This document shows positions 27,363 to 35,199 of a stretch of 64,000 nucleotides of DNA, piece by piece. Below the pieces are notes generated by a model, which saw nothing but the letters and a program-made list of their open reading frames with translations, was not told where the DNA came from and ran no database searches. Positions within the stretch are counted from its first letter, which is position 1. Each line of letters opens with the position of its first letter. The stretch comes from an uncultured Gemmatimonadales bacterium (GTDB lineage Bacteria; Gemmatimonadota; Gemmatimonadetes; Longimicrobiales; RSA9). The position numbers and the translations under genes were made by a program. The DNA is taken from contig CAWFKH010000003.1 in the NCBI GenBank assembly GCA_963816355.1, positions 352,001-416,000 on the forward strand, written 5' to 3'.

Positions 27363-28325
27363 TCAGCGCGTGCTCGGCACGGCGAGGAGGAGCGCGTAGA
27401 GCGACTCCGTGTCCGTGGCCCACTCCACGACGTCGAGCTGTGCCTCCGCGAGGAGCCGCTCGAGCCCCGGGCGGTCGTACTTCGTGCTGATCTCGGTGCG
27501 GATCGCCTCGCCCTCGTCGAGCCGCAGCGGCGCGAGGCCCGGGATGTGGATCACCTGCGCGTGCCGCGACACCAGGTGCATCTCGACGCGGCCGGCGCCG
27601 GCGTCGTAGCGGGCGCGGTGGTCGAAGGCGAGCGGATCGAAGTCGGCGCCGAAGGTGCGGTTCACGACGCGCAGCATGTTCCGGTTGAACTCCGCGGTCA
27701 CGCCCTGGCGGTCGTTGTAGGCGGCGTCGAGTCGCGCGGGGTCCTTCTTCAGATCGGCGCCGAGCAGCAGCCGGTCCGGCGCCCGCATGTGGGAGCGGAC
27801 GCCGGCGAGCAGGCGTGAGGCGGCGTCGCCGTCGAAGTTGCCGAGCGTGCTTCCGAGGAAGGCGAAGAGCGCGGGTCGCTCCAGGTCCGGCGGCACGGGC
27901 AGCGGCTTCGTCAGGTCGGCGACGATCGGCTGCACCCGCAGCGACGCGTAGGAGCGCCGCAGCCGTCGGCCGGTCTCCTCCAGGAACGCCGCCGAAACAT
28001 CGATGGGCAGGTAGAGCGCGTCCGGCGTGACGCGGGTCAGGGCGTCGAGCAGGATGCGCGTCTTTTCGGCGCTGCCGGCGCCCAGCTCGATGAGGGAGCG
28101 CGGGGCCAGGTGTCGCACCCACGCCGCGCCGGCATCGCGCAGCAGCGCGCGCTCCGTCCGCGTCAGGTAGTACTCCGGCAACGCGGTGATGCGCTCGAAG
28201 AGGCGGGAGCCGACCTCGTCGTAGAAGTAGCGCGGTGGGATCTCGCGTGGCCGGCGGTCGAGCGCCTCGCCGAGCTCGTCGAGGAGCACCGCCTGCGCCG
28301 ACTGTACCCGGGAATCGGACGTCAT
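27363..28325 (-). CDS. egtD: L-histidine N-alpha-methyltransferase (EgtD family)
   Basis: YFYDEVGSRLFERITALPEYYLTRTE, ELGAGS, GSTLGN, AYND..GVTAEFNRN, TEISTKY. Confidence 0.92.
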   Translation of the reverse strand: MTSDSRVQSAQAVLLDELGEALDRRPREIPPRYFYDEVGSRLFERITALPEYYLTRTERALLRDAGAAWVRHLAPRSLIELGAGSAEKTRILLDALTRVTPDALYLPIDVSAAFLEETGRRLRRSYASLRVQPIVADLTKPLPVPPDLERPALFAFLGSTLGNFDGDAASRLLAGVRSHMRAPDRLLLGADLKKDPARLDAAYNDRQGVTAEFNRNMLRVVNRTFGADFDPLAFDHRARYDAGAGRVEMHLVSRHAQVIHIPGLAPLRLDEGEAIRTEISTKYDRPGLERLLAEAQLDVVEWATDTESLYALLLAVPSTR

Positions 28326-28424
28326 GCTCGATCGCCGCAAGGGGAAAAGGGGCGCGCAATCTATCCACGGCCGTCTGCGGCGGGCAAACCGCCCCGGCAC
28401 TCGGTTCGGTTCCGCGCGGGCCGC

Positions 28425-29165
28425 ATGAGCGGCGAGCCGGTTCTCGAGGCGTCACGCGTCGCGAAGCGCTATCGCGACACGGTCGCTCTCGACGACGTCT
28501 CCCTCCGCGTCGCGGCCGGCGAGCTCGTCGCGCTCGTCGGGGAGAGCGGCTCCGGCAAGACGACGCTGCTACGCTGCTTCAACGCCATGGTCCGGCCCGA
28601 CGGCGGCCGCGTCCGCGTGGCGGGGCGCGACGTCGCGACCGCCGACCCGGTGGCGCTGCGACGCAGCATCGGCTACGTGCCGCAGGACGGCGGCTTGCTG
28701 CCGCACTGGAGCGTGCTGCGCAACGCGGGAATGGTGCCGTGGCTCCGCGGTGACGACGGCGAGCGCGCCGCCACGCGCGCGCTGGCGCTCGTCGGGCTCG
28801 ATCCGGACCGCTTCGCCGCGCGCCACCCGAAGCAGCTCTCGGGAGGGCAGCGCCAGCGCGTGGCGATCGCGCGGGCACTCGCCGCGAATCCCGCCATCGT
28901 CCTCCTCGACGAGCCGTTCGGCGCCCTCGACGCGATCACGCGCGCCGAGCTGCGCGATGCCTTCTCGGCGCTGCGCCGCCGCCTCGCGATTACCGCGCTG
29001 CTCGTCACCCACGACCTCGCCGAGGCGCTCGCCCTGGCCGACCGCGTCGCGGTGCTGCGCGCCGGCCGACTCGAGCAGCTCGCGGCGCCCACCGCGCTGA
29101 CCGCTTCGCCGGCTTCGGAGTACGTCTCGCGCCTGCTGCGGACCGCCGGGGTGGCGCACCAGTGA
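28425..29165 (+). CDS. Osmoprotectant/betaine-type ABC transporter ATPase
   Basis: GESGSGKTT, LRRSIGYV.Q..GLLPH, LSGGQRQR, DEPFGALD. Confidence 0.9.
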   Translation: MSGEPVLEASRVAKRYRDTVALDDVSLRVAAGELVALVGESGSGKTTLLRCFNAMVRPDGGRVRVAGRDVATADPVALRRSIGYVPQDGGLLPHWSVLRNAGMVPWLRGDDGERAATRALALVGLDPDRFAARHPKQLSGGQRQRVAIARALAANPAIVLLDEPFGALDAITRAELRDAFSALRRRLAITALLVTHDLAEALALADRVAVLRAGRLEQLAAPTALTASPASEYVSRLLRTAGVAHQ

Positions 29166-30922
29166 GCGGAGAGCGCTTCGCCCGCAGGCGCGGTGGCGTC
29201 GTCGCGAGCGGCGCTGTCATCCTCGCGTCGCTGGCCAGCGCCTCGCCGGCGGCCGCGGTCGCGTCCGCTCCCGCGCCGTCCCGCGACGCCCCTCCCATCG
29301 GCGTCGCGCCGGCCGCGGCTCGCGCGCGCGGCGCGCCGCCCCGCGCGCAGGAGGAGGGCCGCGCGGTCATCGTCGCGTCGAAGCCGTTCGCGGAGTCGTA
29401 CCTGCTGGCGGAGATGTTCGCGCAGCTACTGGAGGCGCGGGGCTTCGCCGTCGACCGGCGGGCGGGTCTCGGCGCGACGGAGATCAGCTTCGGCGCGCTG
29501 CGCGAGGGCGCGATCGACGTGTATCCGGAGTACACGGGAACCGGCCTCGTCGCGATCCTCGGCGAGGCGCCGAGCGCGGATCCGCGCTCGGTGTTCCGCC
29601 GCGTGTCGGGGGAGTTCGAACGACGCTGGGGCGTGCGCTGGCTGCCCCCGCTCGGCTTTCAGAACACCTACGCGATCGCGGTTCGCCGCGAGACGGCGCG
29701 CCGCTATCACCTGCGCACGCTCAGCGACCTGGCGCGCGTGGCGCCCCGCCTGACGGCCGGCTTCTCGCCGGACTTTCTCGGCCGCAGCGACGGACTGCCC
29801 GGCCTGCGGTACGCCTACGGCCTCCGCTTCGCGGGCGTCCGCTCGCTGCTGCAGGCCGTGAAGTACCGCGCCATCGCCGCCGGCCGCGTCGACGTCATCG
29901 ACGGCTACTCGACCGACGGCGCCATCGCCCGCTACGACCTCGTGGTCCTGCAGGACGACCGCGGCTTCTTCCCCGCCTACGAGGCCGCGCCGCTCCTCAG
30001 CGCCGCCGCGGCCCGGCGGCCGGGCGTCGTCGCCGCACTTTCGGAGCTCGGCGGCATGCTCGACGCCCCGCTCATGCGTCGGCTCAACGGTCGCGTCGAG
30101 GTCCAGGGCGAGGCGGTCGCGACGGTCGCCGCCGATGCGCTCGCGCAGCTCCGCCTCGTCCCGCCCGCCGGGGCGAGCGCCGGAACAGGGGGCCACGGCG
30201 GATCAGGAAGTGCGCCGCCGCCCGGCGATGCGGGCGGCGCGGTGGCGGCGCGACCCGCGCTGCCCGCTTACATGTGGAACCGGCGGACGACGCTGCTCCG
30301 CCTCGCCCGCCGCCACCTGCTGCTCGTCGCCGTTTCACTGGCCGCGGCCGTGGCCGTGGCGCTGCCGCTCGGGCTGCTGCTCGAGCGCGTGCGCGGCTCG
30401 GCGGAAACCGCCGTGCGCGCGATCGGGCTGCTGCAGACGATCCCCAGCATCGCCCTGCTCGCCTTCATGATCCCGATCTTCGGCATCGGCGTCTGGCCCG
30501 CGCTCGTCGCGCTCTTCCTCTACTCCCTCTATCCGATCGCCCGCAACACCTACAGCGGCGTGCGCGACGCGAGCCCCGCCGCCGTCGAGGCCGCGACGGC
30601 GCTCGGCATGACCCCGATGCAGCGCCTGCGCTACGTGCGGTTGCCGCTCGCCGCGCCCGTGATCATGGCCGGCATCCGCACCGCCGCCGTCATCGACGTC
30701 GGCACCGCGACGATGGCCGCCTTCATCGGCGCCGGCGGCCTCGGCGACCCGATCGTCGCCGGCCTCGCCCTCTCCGACACGACAATGGTGCTGTCCGGCG
30801 CCATTCCCGCCGCCGCGCTGGCCCTGCTCGTCGACGGCGCCCTCGCCGTCGTCGAGCGTCGCGTCCGCCCGCGCGGCGCCTTCAGCGAGGGCGAAGGCGC
30901 GGGTGGCGGAGGGCGCGGCTGA
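29162..30922 (+). CDS. Fused betaine-type substrate-binding domain + ABC permease
   Basis: SKPFAESYLL, YPEYTGT, GFQNTY, YSTDG, then QTIPSIALL, IGAGGLG. Confidence 0.9.
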   Translation: MSGERFARRRGGVVASGAVILASLASASPAAAVASAPAPSRDAPPIGVAPAAARARGAPPRAQEEGRAVIVASKPFAESYLLAEMFAQLLEARGFAVDRRAGLGATEISFGALREGAIDVYPEYTGTGLVAILGEAPSADPRSVFRRVSGEFERRWGVRWLPPLGFQNTYAIAVRRETARRYHLRTLSDLARVAPRLTAGFSPDFLGRSDGLPGLRYAYGLRFAGVRSLLQAVKYRAIAAGRVDVIDGYSTDGAIARYDLVVLQDDRGFFPAYEAAPLLSAAAARRPGVVAALSELGGMLDAPLMRRLNGRVEVQGEAVATVAADALAQLRLVPPAGASAGTGGHGGSGSAPPPGDAGGAVAARPALPAYMWNRRTTLLRLARRHLLLVAVSLAAAVAVALPLGLLLERVRGSAETAVRAIGLLQTIPSIALLAFMIPIFGIGVWPALVALFLYSLYPIARNTYSGVRDASPAAVEAATALGMTPMQRLRYVRLPLAAPVIMAGIRTAAVIDVGTATMAAFIGAGGLGDPIVAGLALSDTTMVLSGAIPAAALALLVDGALAVVERRVRPRGAFSEGEGAGGGGRG

Positions 30923-30979
30923 CGCGTACGCCCGTCCGCTTCACCCATCCGCCTCGCTCACCGGGATCTCCGCCCCGGA

Positions 30980-31828
30980 TCACCCGCGCCCAGCCGCCGT
31001 CTCCTCGTCCGCAGCCAGCGGGTCCGGCGTCTGTGGATGCGAGGGCCGCTCCTCCGCCGGCGGCTTCCGGAACCGCGGCTTCGCCGGGATCCCGACCGCC
31101 ACCTCGCCGGACGGCACGTCTTTCGTCGCGAGTCCCAGCGCGCCCACCATCGCGTCCGCGTGCACGTGCACACCCGCCAGCACCGTCGCGTGATACGTGA
31201 TGCGGACACCATCACCGAGCACCGTCGTCGGCGCCTCCACGTCGCGCGCATCCGCCAGCGAGTGCGTGTGGCTGTAGATGTTCGCGTAGTCCGAGATGGA
31301 GACCCGATCGCCCAGGCGGATGCCGCCCCGGTCGTCGAGCAGGACGTGACGGTGGACGACGACGTCGTCGCCCACCTCCAGGTTGTAGCCGAAGGACAGC
31401 TTCACGAAGTGGAACGCCTTGAAGTTGCGGCCGCACCGCGCGAAGATCCGCTTCGCGAGCACGCGCCGAAACGCGATGCCGAGCTCCACGTTCTCGCCCA
31501 GCACGCTCTTGTCGAACATCTCCCACAGCCAGATCAACGGCTTCACCGCCCCGTAACGCCCTTCGTCGATCTCGGAATAGTATTCCGGCTCCAGCGTCAC
31601 GTTGCGCGGGTCCATCTGTAGCAGCGCGATGCGGGTCGGCTCCGGAAGCTCCTGCGGGTGCGCATCCCGGTACTGCGGGTAGTAGAGGTCCGTCAGCACG
31701 CGCCGACACAGCTCCCCACGGTCGCAGCCCGGGTCCGTGAGCTCCTCCTCGAGTCCCCCCAGCCATTTCCCGTACGACGCCCGCGTCTCGACGGGTATCG
31801 CTACCTTCTTCAGCGGGCGGAATTCCAT
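30980..31828 (-). CDS. Left-handed beta-helix (hexapeptide) acyltransferase
   Basis: NLEVGDDVVV, IRLGDRVSI, IYSHTH, VLAGV, VGIPAK. Confidence 0.85.
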   Translation of the reverse strand: MEFRPLKKVAIPVETRASYGKWLGGLEEELTDPGCDRGELCRRVLTDLYYPQYRDAHPQELPEPTRIALLQMDPRNVTLEPEYYSEIDEGRYGAVKPLIWLWEMFDKSVLGENVELGIAFRRVLAKRIFARCGRNFKAFHFVKLSFGYNLEVGDDVVVHRHVLLDDRGGIRLGDRVSISDYANIYSHTHSLADARDVEAPTTVLGDGVRITYHATVLAGVHVHADAMVGALGLATKDVPSGEVAVGIPAKPRFRKPPAEERPSHPQTPDPLAADEETAAGRG

Positions 31829-31980
31829 CGCGCCTCCCATGCGTCCGTGCGGCCCCGCCGACGCCGGACGTGCCGGCCCCTGCGAGCCCTCTTCACCCGA
31901 ACGGGCCAAGCTAAGGCGGCCGGCCCGAGCCCGGCAACGGCGTCGGCCTCGGTGAACCGGCCCGCCGTCGTTCACGATTC

Positions 31981-32034
31981 TTGACAGTCGGGGCGCGGGG
32001 GCGTATCTCGTTGTGAATGAGACTCACTCTCAAT
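31981..32034 (+). promoter_or_regulatory. Sigma70 promoter with a Fur-like palindromic operator at +1
   Basis: TTGACA-17 bp-TATCTC; AATGAGA-ctcac-TCTCAAT at 32016-32034. Confidence 0.75.
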
Positions 32035-32065
32035 CATCGCGCCGGCGGCGCCCACCACGGGTCGG

Positions 32066-32128
32066 CCGGGAGGATGGACGTCATGAACGGGGTGGACGCC
32101 ACGAACCGGGGAGGATGGACGTCATGAG
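32066..32128 (+). repeat. Duplicated RBS/start cassette (2 exact copies + 1 degenerate)
   Basis: GGGAGGATGGACGTCATGA at 32068 and 32109; GGGTGGACGCCACGAAC between them. Confidence 0.85.
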
Positions 32129-33563
32129 CTGGGCTTCGCGCGCGGGTGCGCTGCTGGGGATCGGGATGGGGGTGGCCGGCGTGATGGCGGGTCCGGGGCC
32201 GCTCGCGGGACAGTCGGCGGAGGCGCTGGCGGAGCGAGGGCGTGGGGAGGCGCCGGATACGTCGGAGGCGACGCAGCATCGAGTGGACGTGGGTGGATAT
32301 GGTTCGTTCCGGTTCGACTGGAACGACGTTGGCGGGCGGCGTCCGTCCTTCACGCTGCGGCGGTTCGTGTTGACGACGGACGCGCGGATCGGCGCTCGGC
32401 TTCAGGTCTACTCGGAGATCGAGCTGGAGCGTTTCGGCGCGATCGAAGTGGAGAAGGGCGTGGAGCGTGACGCGGCCGGGACGGGATTCGATCAGGGGCT
32501 GGAATCCACGGCGGGGAGCGAGCTGGCGTTGGAGCAGGCGTGGGCGCAGCTGGCGATCGGCAGGCGAGCGGGGGTGCGGTTCGGCGCGGTGCTTCCGCCG
32601 GTCGGCCGCTTCAATCTGGCCCACGACGACAATCTGTGGGATCTTCCGCGGCGGCCGCTGAGCGTGCGGGGGGCTCCGGTGTTGCCGGCGGCGGCGGCGT
32701 GGACGGAGATGGGTCTCGGCGTGGTGGCATCGGCCGGTCTGGGAGGCGCGGCGGAGATCGGCATCGAGGCGTACCTGCTGAACGGGGTGGAGCTGGACTT
32801 CGATCTGGAGCGGAAGCTGGAGGCGCGGCCGGGGGGAGGGAACGTCGAGCTCGAAGCGGAGGTTTCGCCGCGGCGGGGCGCGGTCGACGGATCGAGCGGG
32901 TTGGACGCGGTGGCGGGACGGGTGGTGTTGAGCCCGCGCCTCGGCTCGGAGGTGGCGATCTCCGGCTACGTCGGCCGCTACACGCCGGCCTATCTCGACG
33001 CGGACGGAACGATCGGGACGTTGGGGCTGGACGGTCGTCATCGGCTGCGGGGCTTCGACGTGGAGGGCGAGCTGCTCTACACGCGCTACTCGAACGTCGA
33101 CGGCGTGGCGCGGGATTTCGCCCGCGTCGCGATCGACCACAATCGCGAGAACGAGGCGGCGGAGAGCCCGGGCGGGCTGGGGACGGAGGTCGAGGTGGAG
33201 CTGGGCGGCCTGGCGCGAAGCCGCTCCGGTTTCTGGCTGGCCGTTCGGCGGCCGATCCCGCTGCCTCGTGGGGCGCTCGGATTCGAGGATGCGACGATCG
33301 CCCCGATCGTGCGCTACGAGCGGGTGCGCTACGACGACGCGCTCGTGGAAGTGGACTTCAGCGATGGCGTCGTGACGAGCCTCGAGAAGGCGGACGTGGA
33401 GCAGGGCCGGCTGTGGATCGGCGTCGGCTTCCGGCCCCTTCCGCAGGCGGTGGTGCAGCTCGCGTACGAGTACAACCGCGCGATCCGCGGCGCGCTGATC
33501 GATCCGGCGATCGAGGCGACATCGACGAACGGCGTCACACTCGGCTTCGCGGTCGGTTTCTGA
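32124..33563 (+). CDS. Outer-membrane porin (OprO/OprP-like superfamily), putative metal-uptake porin
   Basis: Signal peptide; VGGYG, RRFVL, SEIELE, LEQAW, PVGRFNLAH..RP, WTEMG; amphipathic strands; terminal Phe. Confidence 0.75.
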   Translation: MSWASRAGALLGIGMGVAGVMAGPGPLAGQSAEALAERGRGEAPDTSEATQHRVDVGGYGSFRFDWNDVGGRRPSFTLRRFVLTTDARIGARLQVYSEIELERFGAIEVEKGVERDAAGTGFDQGLESTAGSELALEQAWAQLAIGRRAGVRFGAVLPPVGRFNLAHDDNLWDLPRRPLSVRGAPVLPAAAAWTEMGLGVVASAGLGGAAEIGIEAYLLNGVELDFDLERKLEARPGGGNVELEAEVSPRRGAVDGSSGLDAVAGRVVLSPRLGSEVAISGYVGRYTPAYLDADGTIGTLGLDGRHRLRGFDVEGELLYTRYSNVDGVARDFARVAIDHNRENEAAESPGGLGTEVEVELGGLARSRSGFWLAVRRPIPLPRGALGFEDATIAPIVRYERVRYDDALVEVDFSDGVVTSLEKADVEQGRLWIGVGFRPLPQAVVQLAYEYNRAIRGALIDPAIEATSTNGVTLGFAVGF

Positions 33564-33565
33564 CG

Positions 33566-34690
33566 ATGCCGACCTTGAGCGAGCTCATCGGTGCGCAGCG
33601 GATCCTCTACGGGGCGGTGGCGGTGTTCATGGCGGCAGGGTCGTGGGTGCACCTGGTGCACCAGGAGGTGCGCGCGGGAGTGACACCGGCGAGCGTGGCC
33701 GGGTGGTATCGGGGCAACGAGGAGGATCCGGAGGCGCGCACGCTGCTCTTCGCGCGCTCCGCCGCCGAGGTGTCGGAAGACGCATGGATGGCGGCGACGA
33801 CGTACGCGCTCGCGGGCGTCGTATTCATGGCGCTTCTCGTGCGAACGGATCTGAGGCGGGGGACGCTGGCGTTGCACGTCGCGGGGTGGGCGATGGTGAC
33901 GCTGGGCCTGACGGCGGGGCCGTTCCTCGTGCGCTACGGATCGTCTGCCTGGGCGGCGGCGGAGTCGGCGCTGCTCCTGGGGGCGCCCCTGCTCGCATCG
34001 GCCGGCGCAGGGACGGTCGTGTGGAATCTGTGGCGTCCGCGCAGTGGCGCTTCTGCGTTGCGAGGTGACGGCGGTTCCCGGCTGGGCCTGGGTGTGGTCG
34101 TGCTGCTCGCGCTGGTCCTCGGCGCCGCGTGGTGGCCGGCGCCGGCGGCGGCGCAGGCGAGATCCGAAGACGTCCTGATGGGTCCGGGGGAAGCGTTGCG
34201 GGAGATCTTCCCTGCGGCGGTCTTCGCGGCGGACGCGCCGTGGCGGGCGTCGGCCGCCGAGCGTAGCGGTCTCGAGAGTCGGCTGGGCCGCGCGGTGCCG
34301 GACTCGAGCTATTTGTTTCGCGCCGTGTACGGCGCGGACCGGCGTCTGCTCGGCTACGCGCTCGTGACGGAGGAGCGCGGCAAGTACCGGCCGATCACGT
34401 TCATGGTCGGGATCACGCCGGACCTCCGGGTGAAGGATGTGGCGGTGCTCGTGTACCGCGAGGATCGGGGGGGTGAAGTGGCGAGCCGTCGCTTCCTCTC
34501 GCAGTACCGCGGCAAGGGCGCGCGCGATCCGATCCGGACGAATCGCGACATCGTCAACATCAGTGGGGCCACGATCTCCGTGCGGTCGGTCAACGAGGGG
34601 GTTCGCAGGGTGCTCGCGCTCGCCGCCACCGCGTTCGCGCACGGACCGCCCGCGAGCGGGGTGCTGCGGCCGATCCCGGAGGTGCGATGA
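33566..34690 (+). CDS. Membrane domain (about 4 TM) fused to an FMN-binding (flavinylated) domain
   Basis: Hydrophobic N-terminal half; GKYRPITFMVGI, YREDRGGEV, FLSQYRGK, ISGATIS flavinylation motif. Confidence 0.85.
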   Translation: MPTLSELIGAQRILYGAVAVFMAAGSWVHLVHQEVRAGVTPASVAGWYRGNEEDPEARTLLFARSAAEVSEDAWMAATTYALAGVVFMALLVRTDLRRGTLALHVAGWAMVTLGLTAGPFLVRYGSSAWAAAESALLLGAPLLASAGAGTVVWNLWRPRSGASALRGDGGSRLGLGVVVLLALVLGAAWWPAPAAAQARSEDVLMGPGEALREIFPAAVFAADAPWRASAAERSGLESRLGRAVPDSSYLFRAVYGADRRLLGYALVTEERGKYRPITFMVGITPDLRVKDVAVLVYREDRGGEVASRRFLSQYRGKGARDPIRTNRDIVNISGATISVRSVNEGVRRVLALAATAFAHGPPASGVLRPIPEVR

Positions 34691-35199
34691 CGCAACTCCT
34701 CGCGGACCGGTCGTTCTCGCTCCGGCGCGCGCCGCTCTCGATCCGCGTCATGATCACCGCGTTCATGATGACCGTGGCGGTCGCCGTGGCGGTGGGGGTG
34801 GTGAACTATCGGCTGCGCACCGGCCTCGTGCCGTCCGGCTCGGCGCTCTGGTATCGCGGAGGCGCGGCCGCGGGCGGCGAAGCGCTCTTCGGCAAGACGC
34901 CGCTCGAGCTGCTGGACGCGACGCATCCGCACCTCTTCGGCCAGGCGTTCCTCTTCTTCGTTCTGTGCCACGTCTTCGCTCTCGTTCCCGCCGGGGAGCG
35001 CCTGCGCATAACGCTCTACATCGGCGCGTTCGGCAGCGTGCTCGTGGACGCCGCCGCGCCCTGGCTCATCCGCTACGTGTCGCCGGCCTTCGCGCTGCTG
35101 CAGGTGGCGAACACGTGGGTCATGGTCGCCGTCTTCCTCCTCCTGCTCGCGTTGCCGCTGCGCGAGATGTGGCTTCCGCGACGGCGAATCGGATCGTGA
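34687..35199 (+). CDS. Small membrane protein (about 4 TM) with His residues, paralogous to the N-domain of the preceding gene
   Basis: THPHLFGQ..LCH; ATGA and GTGA overlaps with both neighbours. Confidence 0.8.
   Translation: MTQLLADRSFSLRRAPLSIRVMITAFMMTVAVAVAVGVVNYRLRTGLVPSGSALWYRGGAAAGGEALFGKTPLELLDATHPHLFGQAFLFFVLCHVFALVPAGERLRITLYIGAFGSVLVDAAAPWLIRYVSPAFALLQVANTWVMVAVFLLLLALPLREMWLPRRRIGS

Noticed and set aside
25357..28455. Very long alternative ORFs (this 1032-aa one, 47521-50838, 2157-4316, 51011-53461 and others)
   Set aside because: Antisense or frame shadows of well-identified genes, Arg/Ala/Pro-rich, and expected when stop codons are rare at high GC
32066..32128. Short repeats as a possible mini-CRISPR array
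   Set aside because: Only 2-3 copies, the spacer is itself a degenerate repeat, and no cas genes are present
32124..34400. G-ending codon bias as a sign of horizontal acquisition
   Set aside because: Similar G-rich patches occur in core genes (acs and mltD 5' parts); no integrase, tRNA or flanking repeats; not quantified
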